Shown here one piece after another: positions 22,490 through 33,308 of a stretch of DNA of 64,000 nt (within the stretch, counting starts at the first letter, position 1; each line of letters opens with the position of its first letter). A program made the translations under genes and the position numbers. Origin of the DNA: an uncultured bacterium (GTDB lineage: Bacteria > Verrucomicrobiota > Verrucomicrobiia > Limisphaerales > UBA8199); assembly GCA_963749495.1 (NCBI GenBank), contig CAVVMW010000001.1, forward strand, positions 32,001 to 96,000, written 5' to 3'. Below the pieces are notes generated by a model that made no database searches, was not told the origin of the DNA, and worked only from the letters and a program-made list of their open reading frames with translations.

Positions 22490-22993
22490 TCTCTCAGGTC
22501 CTGGACCCCGTGTCAGGGCCAAACTGGCGCGCCCAGGTCGCCATCCTCGGCTCCAGCGGCGCCCATGGCCCTGAGCTTCCACTGGGCCCCGATCTTCTCA
22601 AGCGCGAACTTGCGGGTTTTGCCCTCGCCATCGAAGTAAACGTCCAGAATCGCCTGGTCCGCGGCGGTCAGTTTTTGTCCAACCAGGTAGAACGCGCCGG
22701 ATGGGCCGAGCGAGTCCGCAATGTTCCTGGTCGAGGCTGCGATCTCATCCGCCGGGGAGCCATGCTCGACCCCCACCCAATCTTCGCGGGTCATCCTCCT
22801 CTTTGCCTCCGGTGTCACACTGGCGGCCAGGAGGCTTGTGTCGCCCCGGCCCATGGCGCAGAGCGCCGTTTCTAGCCCGCATATTTCATAGTTGATCGCG
22901 AAATTTGGCATGAAATCGCCATGGTGGGCCGGATTTACCGGGCCTGGACCACTGGCAGGATGGCGGGTGGGTTACCGACAGGGTGTCGAACGC

Positions 22994-23215
22994 TCAGCCG
23001 ACTGCCAAAGCGCGGGGACGAGCGCGCGGCGGCGGGGCGTGCGGGCGCACCAAATATAGTTCGCTTCGGTTCAAAAGCTCCCACTCGACCTGCTCTCCCG
23101 GCTCCAGCCCAATGGCGGCGGCCAGGGGGATCGGAAAATACACATAGAGCTTGGGGGTCTGCCCCTTGGAACGGATTGCCTGCACTTTGAGTGAATATTT
23201 TACTTGCTTTTTCAT
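22994..23215 (-). CDS. Small AbrB/MazE-like accessory ORF inside IS1380
   Basis: LKVQAIRSKGQTPKLYVYFPIPLAAAIGLEPGEQVEWELL; homolog at 53611-53829. Confidence 0.75.
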   Translation of the reverse strand: MKKQVKYSLKVQAIRSKGQTPKLYVYFPIPLAAAIGLEPGEQVEWELLNRSELYLVRPHAPPPRARPRALAVG

Positions 23216-23237
23216 ATCTAGCCTATAGACTAACTAC

Positions 23238-24686
23238 ATGTGCGTTGCCAATCAAGCAATTCTCTTTGATGACTTGGGTCCTCGCCGTGTGCAAGCCGAT
23301 TTCTCCGGCGGCGCCCTCTCCAGTGATGCCGGCGCGCTGCTGCTGCGCCAGGTTGACACTAACCTCGGGGTGACGGCGGAACTGGCGCAATGTTTTTACG
23401 ACCTGCGTGACCCCGACTGGGTAGACCATTCGGTGCAGGAACTCCTGCGCCAGCGCATCTTCGGAACGGCCCTGGGCTACGAAGACATTGAGGATCACCA
23501 GCGCCTGCGCTTGGACCCGCTGCTGGCTGCCGCCTGCGGCAAGACCGATCCGCTGGGACAAGACAGGGTGCTGCCGCAGCACCGGGGCATCGCGCTGGCG
23601 GCGCCCTCCACACTCAACCGGCTGGAATTATCCAATAACAAAGACACGCGCTGCCACAAACTGCCGCACGCCCCAGCCAAGGTGGAAGCCTGCCTGCTGA
23701 AAATGGGGGTGCGCTGTCTGCCCAAACGCGCCAAGGAGATCGTGGTGGATTTGGACGCAATGGGCCATCGGTTGCACGGATTTCAGGAGGGGCGGCACTT
23801 CAACGCCTACTATGACGACTATTGTTATCTGCCGCTCTATGCCTTTGTCGGGGACTTCCCGCTATGGGCGCAACTGCGCACCGCCGAGCACGAGGCAGCC
23901 CACGGAGCGGTGCCCGCGCTGGAGAAGATAGTGGCCGCGATTCGCAAGCGTTGCCCCAAGGCGCGGATTATTGTGCGCGGGGACAGCGGTTTTGGCCGGC
24001 AGGAGATTATGGCTTGGTGCGAGAGCCAGCGGGGGATTTACTATTGCCTGGGCTTGGCCAAGAACTCGGTGTTAATTGAGAAGCTGGGGCCGGCCCTGGC
24101 TCAAGCCCGGGCCCGTCACTGTCTGACCGGTGCGGCCAGCGTGCGCCAGTTCGCTGAGTTTCAATACCGGACGCTCGACAGTTGGAGTCGGGAGCGCCGG
24201 GTGATCGGCAAAGCCGAAGTGATGAACGCAGGGGAAAACCCACGGTTTGTGGTGACCAATCTGCCTGCCGAAGGCTTCAAGAACGATGAGGATGAGGATG
24301 AGCAACAGAGCCGCTTCAGTCCGGCCCGGCTTTATGAGGAACTGTACTGCGCCCGGGGCGATATGGAAAACCTGCTCAAGCAGCAAGTGCTGGATTTACA
24401 CGCCGACCGGATGAGCACGCATTATATGGCCAGCAATCAGTTTCGATTGTGGGAGGCCATGTTTGCTTACCTGTTGATGGAGCGCTTGCGCACGCAGGGC
24501 TTGGCGGGAACGGAGTTGGAGCGGGCGACGGCTGGGAGCCTGCGTGTGAAGCTGCTGAAAATCGCGGCCCAGGTGCGCGTGAGCGTGCGCCGGGTCTATG
24601 TGCAGATGTGCAGCGCCTATCCCTTGCAAGCGCTGTTTCGGCGGTGCCACCGGCGGCTGATGGCGTTGGCGCCGGCCCCGGGCTAA
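23238..24686 (+). CDS. IS1380-family transposase
   Basis: ADFSGGALSSDAGALLL; ALGYED..DH; HGFQEGRHFNAYYDDYCYLPLY; VRGDSGF; YCARGDMEN. Confidence 0.95.
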   Translation: MCVANQAILFDDLGPRRVQADFSGGALSSDAGALLLRQVDTNLGVTAELAQCFYDLRDPDWVDHSVQELLRQRIFGTALGYEDIEDHQRLRLDPLLAAACGKTDPLGQDRVLPQHRGIALAAPSTLNRLELSNNKDTRCHKLPHAPAKVEACLLKMGVRCLPKRAKEIVVDLDAMGHRLHGFQEGRHFNAYYDDYCYLPLYAFVGDFPLWAQLRTAEHEAAHGAVPALEKIVAAIRKRCPKARIIVRGDSGFGRQEIMAWCESQRGIYYCLGLAKNSVLIEKLGPALAQARARHCLTGAASVRQFAEFQYRTLDSWSRERRVIGKAEVMNAGENPRFVVTNLPAEGFKNDEDEDEQQSRFSPARLYEELYCARGDMENLLKQQVLDLHADRMSTHYMASNQFRLWEAMFAYLLMERLRTQGLAGTELERATAGSLRVKLLKIAAQVRVSVRRVYVQMCSAYPLQALFRRCHRRLMALAPAPG

Positions 24687-25376
24687 GTGCAGAAAAATGG
24701 GGTCGATGTTTCAAGAGTCACGGGAGGGGTGTTTTCAGCGGCAGCCTTTTTGTTTGACTAAAGACTCCGTTGCGCCCTGATCAGTGCCCAGACGGAAAAA
24801 ACTGCGCCGCCCAGCCCGATTTGTCTCCAAAAAATCCTCCGAAACGCGAAAAGCCGGGTGGGCTATGAAATATGCGGGCTAGGGCAGAGGCCGGCTCGGC
24901 GTATCCGGCGAAGGCAAGTTGGGCCTTGGGCCAATGGGCCAGGATCGCTGCCTCGGGGGGCGGCCCGGCCGGTTGCCGCGCGGAGTCCGTCGCGGCCGTG
25001 ATGAGCCGTTGGTTCAGCGCCCGGAGTTGGTCCACCTCGCCTGCAATCCGCCGCAACTGCCCGATTTCGCCGCGCAGCTTCAATACTTCCCGGAGCCGCT
25101 CGCCGGTTGCTGAGTGCCCTTTCGCTCGTTCTACAAGATTGGAGAGGCGCTGGTTTTCGGCGGACAGGCTGGCCAGCCGTTCTTCCCGCTCCCGGAGCAG
25201 TTCATGCTGATCGCGCCATCCGGCCTGCGCGTGGCGCCAGGCCGCCAAGGGCGCGGCCACGCAGGCGGCCAGCAGGGCGCCGGCCAGGCCAAGCTTCAAC
25301 CATTCGCGCCTTCCCGCGTGCAGGTCCGTTCTCATCTGCTGGTCTTCACTCGTTGCGTCGCTGTTCAGATCGCCGC

Positions 25377-25451
25377 ATAGGAGCGCGGACGCCCTCGTCC
25401 GCGCGGCACCCGTGCCGAGAGACGCGCGGACGAGGCGTCCGCGCTCCTATG
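25377..25451. repeat. REP-like palindrome
   Basis: ataggagcgcggacgcc...ggcgtccgcgctcctat. Confidence 0.75.
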
Positions 25452-25491
25452 CGGCAGTGCTTCTCGGGGTGGCCTGAACCTTTGCTTCCTT

Positions 25492-26935
25492 TCACTGTCC
25501 GGGCGTTGGAACAATGTGCTCCTTTTCCCAGGCCTCGGGAGTGTCGTAACTGATTGTAGCTCCTCCGGCCCCCTGCTGTTTGCGGGGGAACCCCATCTGC
25601 TGAACCGAGCCATCGGCCATGCCATAAATCCGGCTCCATCTGCCTTCGCCGACGCGCCGTGGCTGCCGCTCGCGCAGAACGATGACGTCCCCTGGATTGG
25701 TCAACGAATCCAGCGAGCCTTGGAATACGATCTCGAACTCATCGGGACTGATGTTGGTGCCCAATTTGCCCGAGTTCTTCGCGTAAATGGATGTCACTTG
25801 CTCGAAGCTGGCCGGGAATCGCCCCTGGTTGTCCTCGGCGTACCTCGAGAGTGCTCTGAGCCAATGGAAGGCGCCGGTCGCCCTGACGACGGCCTCTTCC
25901 CTGGCTTGCACCGGCGCCTTTGGCTTGTCGTCGGAGGCCTGCCGCAGCCGGCGATTCTCCGCGCGCAGGCCCGCCAAGTCGTTCGTTCGCCCGCGAAGCG
26001 ACTCGGCTTGGGCGCGCAGCGCGGGCAACTCCCGCAATTGATCATCGAGGCCCGAACCACCGGCCCGCGCCGCGAGACCGGACAGGCGCTCATTGTCCGC
26101 TTCGAGTTGGGCCGCTTTGTCCACCTGCTGCCGCAATAAATCCTCCTGTGCGCCCAACTCGGCCCGGGCCTGACAATGAATGATGAGAGAAGTGGTGACG
26201 CTGGCCGCCACCAGGACGCCGAGCATGCCCGCCTTGATTTTTGTCATCGCCATAATCTTTATGAGGGTTGCGGAAATCGGGAGGCCGGCGGCCGGACTGG
26301 CGAGCACGGTCCCGGCCACGCTCGCCGCCAGGCCCGTCGGCGCCGCGACGACAGCCTCGTCAGCCAGGGCCACGCCCAGAGCCTGCCGCCGAAAGGGCGA
26401 CGCCCCGGCGCCTGAGCAGGACCTGGAGTTTCTCCAAAGCGCGGCCCACGCGCTTGCGCGCCGCGTCTTCGTTGCTGCCCAGCGTCTCGCCGACCGAGCG
26501 GAAATCGCGCTGCTCGAAAAAGCGCAGCAGGATGGCGGTTCGATCTTCATGTCCGAGCAGGTTGATGGCTTCATCGAGCAGGGGCACAAGTTGTTCGAGG
26601 TTCGCCTGGGAATGGTCGTCGCACGCATTCATAAAGGCAGCCTGGCGTTCCCGGGCCTGGCGGCAACGCTCGCGCCGCAGGCTCTTGCTCGCCACGAAAC
26701 AGGTGTCCCGGTGCAGCCACCCGCCCAAAGAAGATTCGCGCGCCAGCCGGCGCGCGTTATGGGACAGGCGCAGAAAAACGGTCTGGGTCACGTCCTCCGC
26801 CCAGTGCGCGTCGCCGCCAACCAGCCGGAGCGCGGTGGAATAGACCAGGCTGACATAGCGCGCCACCAACTCGCGAAAGGCTGCTTCCGAGCCGCTCTCC
26901 GCATATTCCGCGAGCAATCGTTGGCTTTCGGTCAT
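25492..26935 (-). CDS. ECF sigma factor fused to TM helix + extracytoplasmic domain (frameshift ~26390)
   Basis: MTESQRLLAEYAESGSEAAFRELVARYVSLVYSTALR; second frame MAMTKIK-TM..YAEDNQGRFP..RIYGMADGS. Confidence 0.85.
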
Positions 26936-27065
26936 CTTCGTTCACCAGTATAACCCCGCCGCAGACCGAAACCGGACAAAAAAAGGGTTCATCCGAGAAG
27001 TTCCTGCCTGGAGTGATGAAGGCCAAGGAGTCTGAGGACCGATACTGGGCGTGCCGGGAGCCTGC

Positions 27066-27278
27066 GTCACCGCGTAGCGGTGCTTGATGGTAGCCGTGGA
27101 CTTCCAGTCCACGGTCCCATGGCCCAAGCTCCGCTGCGTCGCGTAGCGACGCTTGAGAACAGGATTCGATTTGGCCAGCGCCAGGCCCTCAGGCGTCGCT
27201 ACGCAACGCGCGGCCATTCCCACGCCCCAAACCGTGGACCGAGGTCCACGGCTACCTTCAGCGCGTCGCTACGCGACG
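27066..27278. repeat. BIME-like composite palindrome (~210 bp); further copies in tandem at 30776-31194
   Basis: tagccgtggacttccagtccacgg..cgtcgcgtagcgacgc..gcgtcgctacgc..ccgtggaccgaggtccacggcta. Confidence 0.85.
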
Positions 27279-27410
27279 CAGGCGCTGCGCTGGTGACTCC
27301 GAGGAGGCGGCCGAGAGGTGGAAGAGGGGGTCACGCGATGAAGGCGGCACAGCTATTTGTGAGCAGTAGTTCTGCTTGAACCTTTTTGGGGCGAGTGGCA
27401 CAAAGAAGAC

Positions 27411-27984
27411 ATGGAAGCAGAGCCGGGCCCAGCGCCTCGAGAGAATGACGCCGCAGGCGTGCGGGAATTGCTCAGCGCCCACGGCGACCGGTTGCTGCGC
27501 TCGGCCTTCCTGCTGTGCGGGCGGGAGGCCGACGCCCAGGACCTGGTCCAGGAGACGTTCCTGCAGGCCCTGCGGGCGGAGCGCCGGTTCCGCAACCAGT
27601 CGAGCGTCTATACCTGGCTGCACGGGATACTGCTCAACTTAAGCCGCCATTACCACCGGGACCGCAAACGAATCGTCTATGGAGGCGAGCAAGTCGAGGA
27701 AACCCCCGCGGACGCGGCGGAAAACCCAGTCGCGCTGGACGTTCCGGACGACCGTCCGGGCGCTGCAACACGCCATGGGCCAACTCTCCCTCCTTCATCG
27801 CGAGGTGCTCGTCCTGCGCTTCTATGAGGACATGAAGATTCACGAGATAGCCGCTCACCTGGGCGTCTCCAAAGGCACCGTGAAATCCCGCCTGCACTAC
27901 GCCCTCACGCGGATGCAGCAGCTTGTGCCGGGGGAGATGAACCTTTTCGCGGCGGATGGCACAGAAAGGACAGAGCGAAGATGA
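27411..27984 (+). CDS. ECF sigma factor (frameshift ~27745)
   Basis: LLRSAFLLCGREADAQDLVQETF..YTWLHGI; HREVLVLRFYEDMKIHEIAAHLGVSKGTVKSRLHYA. Confidence 0.85.
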
Positions 27985-28532
27985 ACTGCAAGCGGGTCGA
28001 GTATTGGCTGGATGAATACGTCGAGGGCACGCTGCCGCCCGGAAAGCGGGCGGCGGCGGAGCGGCACCTGGCGGCGTGCGCCGCATGCCGCGCGAGGCTG
28101 CGCCGGTATCGTGAGTTCGGGCGCAGCCTGACGAACCACATGCAGCAGGCCACTCAATCACTCCGGCTGCGCCCGGAGAGCGAGCGGCGCCTGTTGCAGG
28201 CCCTGCGGGAGGCGGCTCCGCAAACGGCACGGCCGGGACTGCCCCGGCTTTCGTGGGCATGGTGGACTCGATGGCTGCCTTGGGCTGCCGCCGCCTGCCT
28301 CCTGGCCGCGGGCGCCTTGCTGGCGGCTTACCTGGCCTGGCGTCCGAGTCGAGGCTCGGCAGCGAGCACAGACAGTTCATCCTTGGTTCCCATCCACCTC
28401 TCATATATCACGCCCAGGCTCACCTTCCGGCAGGAAGGAGCGTATGTGATCGACACGCTGAGCTACGAGACCGTCACCGCTGACGGACTGTTTTGGCCGG
28501 AACACGGTCGAAAATCCGCTGGAAAACAATAA
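27981..28532 (+). CDS. Zinc-binding (zf-HC2) anti-sigma factor with TM helix
   Basis: MNCKRV..HLAACAAC motif; TM helix; ATGA overlap with the sigma gene. Confidence 0.85.
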   Translation: MNCKRVEYWLDEYVEGTLPPGKRAAAERHLAACAACRARLRRYREFGRSLTNHMQQATQSLRLRPESERRLLQALREAAPQTARPGLPRLSWAWWTRWLPWAAAACLLAAGALLAAYLAWRPSRGSAASTDSSSLVPIHLSYITPRLTFRQEGAYVIDTLSYETVTADGLFWPEHGRKSAGKQ

Positions 28533-28552
28533 AAGCTCTTGCACCCCCAAAT

Positions 28553-29480
28553 ATGAAAATTCAACCCTTGCGCTTGAGATCCCTGGTTCGGTTCGGCCTG
28601 GCGGCAGGCCTGGCGTCCTGGACGGCCGCGAGTCCGGCAGCGGCTGCCGCGGGCGACGAAGAATTCCCGCACACGGTCCCGTTCGAGGTGGGCAGGACCC
28701 GCTTCGCGCCCGGTGACAGCATCACCATTCAGTCCGTGCGCGGCACAGCAGCCGAGTTCCGCACCAACGAGACCTACTGTGTCGAAGGGGTGTACACACT
28801 CAACTCCGCCCCGGAGGCCGACCTGTCGCTGTTCGTTACGACGCGGCACGAGGCGCCGGCCGAAATCGAACCCGCGCCAGCGGGTCCGCGTCAAGAAAGG
28901 GAGCGGCTCGTTTCGCCTGGTCGAGAGGATGGCTGCCGAAGGCTGTCCGCACGTGAGTTTCTATCCCGTTCCCGCCGGGGCGAGCGGCGGCGGGGTCTAT
29001 TTCGGGAAGGGCGCCTGGCTGCTGCCCGAGCAGGGTCCTGGGCGCCGCAGCCACTCGAAGGCCGTCGGCGCGCCCACAGAGCTCTTGTCCGGACCCAATC
29101 GCGTTCTGTTGGAATACCTGGGCGAACCGGTCCCGCCGCCCGCTAACCTGGAAGGCGCCTACACCAGGGACGGGCTGCGTGAGGCCGTGCAAGCGGCCGC
29201 CCGCAAGGCGGGCATCGCGACGCCGCAGATCCTGATTGATGATTCGGAATATCCTCTCCTGGTGGGAGTGGTTTGCCAGGAGGGCGGCTTCGATCGGCTC
29301 AAAACCCAACTCGGAAAGGTCGAGGCCTATGAGTACCACGGCGGCGTTGGCGGCCACACGCGGCACGCCTTCAATGTCACCCCCTTTCGCGTCTGGCCGC
29401 CCGAGGTCCAGGAGCGCGCTTCCCGGCGTCTCATGCTCAGAATGCAAGTCCTCCATGACCGCCTGAACGAGCCGGAATAG
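28553..29480 (+). CDS. Hypothetical secreted protein (frameshift ~28875)
   Basis: Signal peptide; EFPHTVPFEVGRTRFAPGDSITI; second frame PHVSFYP..PNRVLLEYLGEPVPPP. Confidence 0.65.
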
Positions 29481-29941
29481 GGACGGATGGTGGTAGAGAT
29501 GCGCCCGCAGACCACGCAGATCGCAGAATCGAAGGGGTGAATGCAAGTTTCTGCTTATTCTGCGTGATCCGCGGGAAAGGCCGGGGCGAGATGAAAGCAG
29601 CCCATGCCTCAACGCTCGGTTTGCCTGTGTCGAGACATGCCAATCCCCACGGACGGCCCAAGCCGCCCTGCTCCGGGCTGCACCTTACGCGGAGGTTTTC
29701 TCGTTTCGGCTCTTCGTTTCCTTTGTTCCCTTCTGTAAAGGGGCTGGCAGCCACCAACCCTGCCCCAGAACAAAGCGGCCTGATCCAGCCAGGCGATGAT
29801 CGCATCCATGACGGGTGTCGATATTCTCGATTGATTCGAAACGTCGCGCAGGGTGATCGGGTTTGGTCGCAATGTGAGTTGAGTTTGGAGAGAATGAGCC
29901 GCCTTTCCTGCTTTGCCTCGCGGCCCATCGGGCCGCCAGAA

Positions 29942-30255
29942 CCTAGCCCAGGGCTGAGGCCGCCAGGCCGATGCCCTGGGTTTCGCCACAAACCCCGGCC
30001 CTGCGCCCTGAAAGAATTCCCGGAACGAATTCGCGCTTTGCGCCCCTGAACCTCGACACTGCGTTCCCGTCCCGCGAAGCGTTTTGGACTGCCGCAGTCC
30101 AAAACCTGCGGGCTTGGGGCCGGTTCATGGAGAGGGCGCCAGAGCCCTCTGGCGCCCTTTCAGGGCGCGCCTAATCTTCCGGGGGGCATCTTCCCAGGGC
30201 ATCGGCCTGGCGGCCTCAGCCCTGGGCTAGGCTCTGCCGGCCCTTTGGGCCGGAG
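29942..30255. repeat. REP-like inverted repeat with a nested second small element
   Basis: 39-bp arms cctagcccagggctgaggccgccaggccgatgccctggg (29942) and inverse (30193); gccctgaaag|ggcg split by a ~120-bp insert with cccctgaacc / ggttcatgg motifs. Confidence 0.7.
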
Positions 30256-30414
30256 GTTCGGACCGACCCGATCGTCTGGACAACGCGTCCGTTGCCTGTG
30301 AACTCCAGTGCGCGTCGATCACCATTGTGACATTTGTCTTGCATAACGACAACAACGGAAGGATAACGTCCCCCAACCCTTCTGCTCCTGCGGACGCACC
30401 GGGAACTGACATTT

Positions 30415-30793
30415 ATGCCGATATGTGAGTGTGGTTTTAACTTCGCGAAGGCGCACCTGAAGGGACGCCGCATCGAGTCGGTACGCGGCCATACACGATC
30501 GCGACTACCTGAAGCTAATGCGAAAAGAACGGGCCATCTTGTCGGAGCGCAACCCGGACAAGAGGCTGGGGTTGATTGCGGAGGCCTCACAATGGGTGGG
30601 CAACCTGATGCGTTGTCCCGAGTGTGGGGCGTGGCTTTTTCTGAAGCCTCAGCAGGGGAAGGCCAGCCCGATAATCCTTCTCAAGGCGGCCCCGTTCACC
30701 CGACGAGCAAGCTCCTCTGAACGCCGTGCGCGCGTCTCTGTGGGCAGCCGGAAGCGGGCGGCCCAGCGCCGGCCACCGCATAGCGGTGCATGA
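30415..30793 (+). CDS. Small Cys-rich hypothetical protein (frameshift ~30480)
   Basis: MPICECGFNF.. and ..MRCPECGAWL pair suggests a split Zn ribbon. Confidence 0.5.
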
Positions 30794-31194
30794 TGGCAGC
30801 CGTGGACTTCCAGTCCACGGACCCATGGCCCAAACTCACCCGCGTCGCGCAGCGACGCCTGAAAAAACAGGACGAGATCTGGCAGCGCGGGGCTATCAGG
30901 CGTCGCTACGCGACGCGCGGCCATTCCCGCGCCCCAAACCGTGGACCGAGGTCCACGGCTAGCTTCACTGCGTCGCTCCGCGACGCGCGCGCTGCGCTGG
31001 CTCACCGCGTAGCGGTGCCCGATGGTAGCCGTGGACTTCCAGTCCACGGACCCATGGCCCACGCTCAACCGCGTCGCGTAGCGACGCCCGAAAACTGCGA
31101 AGCTATCAGGCGTCGCTACGCGACGCGCGGCCATTCCCGCGCCCCAAACCGTGGACCGAGGTCCACGGCTACCTTCACTGCGTCGCTCCGCGAC
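30776..31194. repeat. Two tandem BIME-like units (family of 27066-27278)
   Basis: Units at ~30776-30985 and ~31004-31194 with the same palindromic blocks. Confidence 0.85.
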
Positions 31195-31255
31195 ATGAGC
31201 TTCTCCCTTGGCCCAGGGTTTGCCAAAACGCACGCCTTTGATAGGCTGCCGCCCA

Positions 31256-31764
31256 TGAAATACAGCTCCAGGTGCTTCCACACGACCTCTCGGACCCGTT
31301 GGCTGCGGCTCCTCTTGACCCTGTGCAGCGCAATCGCCGCGGGCCGGATGAGCGGAGCCGCTCCCGCCGAGGCATTGGCCGGACGTTCGGACCTCACTTC
31401 ATCGAACGAGGATTCGGGCCAGTGGCTGGGGCAATGGACCTTGAAAACAGCCGACACGACATTGGGGAGACCGGCGATACTCCCCGCAAGCCAGGCGGAA
31501 CAAAGCGAACCGCGCGACCACGCCGGTCCGGCTGGGCGGGACCTGCCTCGGTTCCGCGAGCAAGTCATTAGCAAATAAACGATCTACCAGGCCGTGGACG
31601 CCAAGGGCGAGCACTGGCGCAAGACCGTGTTGGACGACGGTGGCATCGCTGCTGCCGATTGCGTTATCGAAGACTTCACCGGCGATGGCAAGCCCGACAT
31701 CGCCTGCATCGGCGCCTCCACCGGCAACTTGAAACTCTACGTTAATCTGGGGCGCGGGGACTGA
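31256..31764 (+). pseudogene. Fused fragments: signal-peptide N-terminus of a secreted protein + internally deleted FG-GAP/VCBS repeat gene
   Basis: MKYSSRC..WTLKTADTTL; PRFREQVISK* then WRKTVLDDGGIAAADCVIEDFTGDGKPDIACIG..LKLYVN. Confidence 0.55.
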
Positions 31765-32195
31765 GGATATTGGGGGGTCTTTTTGGCGAAATACTCCAGC
31801 CAGCCGAGGGCCATGCCATCGGCGATGGTGCCTTTGCCCTGCTTGTATTCGGCGATGGTCTTGCCCCAATAAAAGCCAATCCAGCCGGTGGCCAGCCGGC
31901 GCGAACCGTCAATGAATTGGTCCAAGTCCGCTACCGAGCAGCTCAAGGGGAACATCTCCTCGATCACGATCGGCTTGCCAATATCGTAAACCGCGAGGGC
32001 GGTCAGGACCTTGGGGACTTCGCCGGTCTTGGGATAGAAGTGGAGGCTGGCGAAATCGAGGTTCTTGCTGACGGCCTTGGAATAGAAGAGGGGTTTGGCA
32101 GCCGGCCAAGTGAGGGCCCACGGGATAGCGCCGACCGTGAGGAGGCGGTGCGGGTCGTGTTTCCGGATGGCGGCGGCCATCCTTGCTGACACGGA
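31737..32195 (-). pseudogene. C-terminal fragment of a GH5/cellulase-like glycoside hydrolase
   Basis: AAIRKHDPHRLLTVG..LDFASLHFYP..KPIVIEEMFP..GWIGFYWG; N-terminal half absent. Confidence 0.7.
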
Positions 32196-32333
32196 TAAAA
32201 GCGTTTCCAACTGGGCTGGGGTCAGGAAATCGGCGGCCGCGAAACCGAGCGGCCAGGCTTTTCTGCTTTTCCCTTCCCTTCCGCCCGCTGGGGGATTAGA
32301 TTAACCATCAGAAACGTAAGACCTTCTCTCATT

Positions 32334-32570
32334 ATGCCCAACGGCACATTGACAGTGAACTTGCCCGCCGAGGAAATTGAGTTCCTCACGGCGTACGCTC
32401 GGCAGCATGGGATGACCGCGGCCGAAGTAGTCGGCCGATACGTCCAGCGCCTCAGGAGTGCAACACAGCCGGCCATCCATCCTGAAGTTGCGGCCATTAC
32501 CGGACTGGTGCCCCCAGAGAGCGACGCCCAGGCCGAGCATCGCCAGCACCTGCTGGAAAAGCACCGATGA
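32334..32570 (+). CDS. Putative RHH-type antitoxin (DUF6364-like)
   Basis: LTVNLPAEEIEFLTAYARQHGMT..HPEVAAITGLVP..HLLEKHR; ATGA overlap. Confidence 0.7.
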   Translation: MPNGTLTVNLPAEEIEFLTAYARQHGMTAAEVVGRYVQRLRSATQPAIHPEVAAITGLVPPESDAQAEHRQHLLEKHR

Positions 32571-32680
32571 GAGTCCTTCTCGACCTGCGCAATGTGCCGG
32601 ACTTCGCCGGTTCTCCCGTGCCTGCGCTCACGCCGAAGGATTTTCTCGCCGCACACGGCGGGACTCCTGTCGCCACGTAA
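32567..32680 (+). pseudogene. PIN toxin reduced by an in-frame internal deletion (37 aa)
   Basis: MRVLLDL joined directly to RNVPDFAGSPVPALTPKDFL, i.e. the first and last motifs of a PIN domain. Confidence 0.7.
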
Positions 32681-32689
32681 GATTTTGCT

Positions 32690-33298
32690 CGAGACTCTCT
32701 CATCAAATTTGAGCATGCCTCCTTCCCCTACCAACAGGCGCACCTGGTTCCTGGCGTCCTGCTCCGCCTGGGCCCCGGCCTGCACCGCCGCCTCGGCTGT
32801 GATTTTTCCCTCGGTAAACGCCGCCACCGCCTCGACGCCTCTCATATACCAATCCCCGCCGATTTGGAACAGCTTCTCCGCATCCTCCGAGTTGAGCTTG
32901 AGCTCCTTGACCAGAGGGTCCCAGCGCTTTCGGGCGCTCTCGACGAATTCCCCGTGCAGGGTCGCCCTCGCAACAGGGTCCTGCAGCGCGGTGGAGAGCA
33001 GCGTGGTCGGAGCGCCGGCGGCGGATTTGGACTGAGTTCCTCTTGCCACGCCCTTCCGGCGGGCGCGCAGCCGCGCGAGGTCTTGTTCCTGTTCGCGCCG
33101 GGTTTCCATGATGGCCGTGGTTTGCTGATCCAACTCGGCGATCCGGCTTTGCTGCGCCCCGGCCGCCTCGCTCGTGAGGCGCAAATCCTCGCGCGCGGCA
33201 TCGAGCTGCTGCGCCTGGACGGAGTTCTGGTGATATTGGTATGCGAATACGACCGCCATGCTGGCGGCGACGGCGAGCTTCACCTTGGTCCAGGCCAT
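32690..33298 (-). pseudogene. Sigma-less ECF C-terminal module (begins MAWTKVK), 3' truncated
   Basis: MAWTKVKLAVAAS-TM + coiled coil; the frame runs on into the antisense of the TA module after ~32700. Confidence 0.6.
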
Positions 33299-33308
33299 AA
33301 GTATTAAG

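Larger units (their letters stand above)
22876..24878 (+). mobile_element. IS1380-family insertion sequence
   Basis: Perfect 16-bp TIR cccgcatatttcatag / ctatgaaatatgcggg; 4-bp TSD CTAG (22872-22875, 24879-24882). Confidence 0.93.
22513..25335 (-). pseudogene. Sigma-less sensor-like membrane protein interrupted by IS1380
   Basis: TM + EVLKLRGEIGQLR..AGYAEPASAL|ETALCAMGRGD.. rejoins in frame after removing the IS and one CTAG. Confidence 0.75.

Noticed and set aside
30776..31194. Tandem repeats as a CRISPR array
   Set aside because: Units are ~210-230 bp composite palindromes with no unique spacers and no cas genes
32222..33298. 358-aa ORF as an intact gene
   Set aside because: Its C-terminal ~155 aa are antisense read-through of the antitoxin/PIN module
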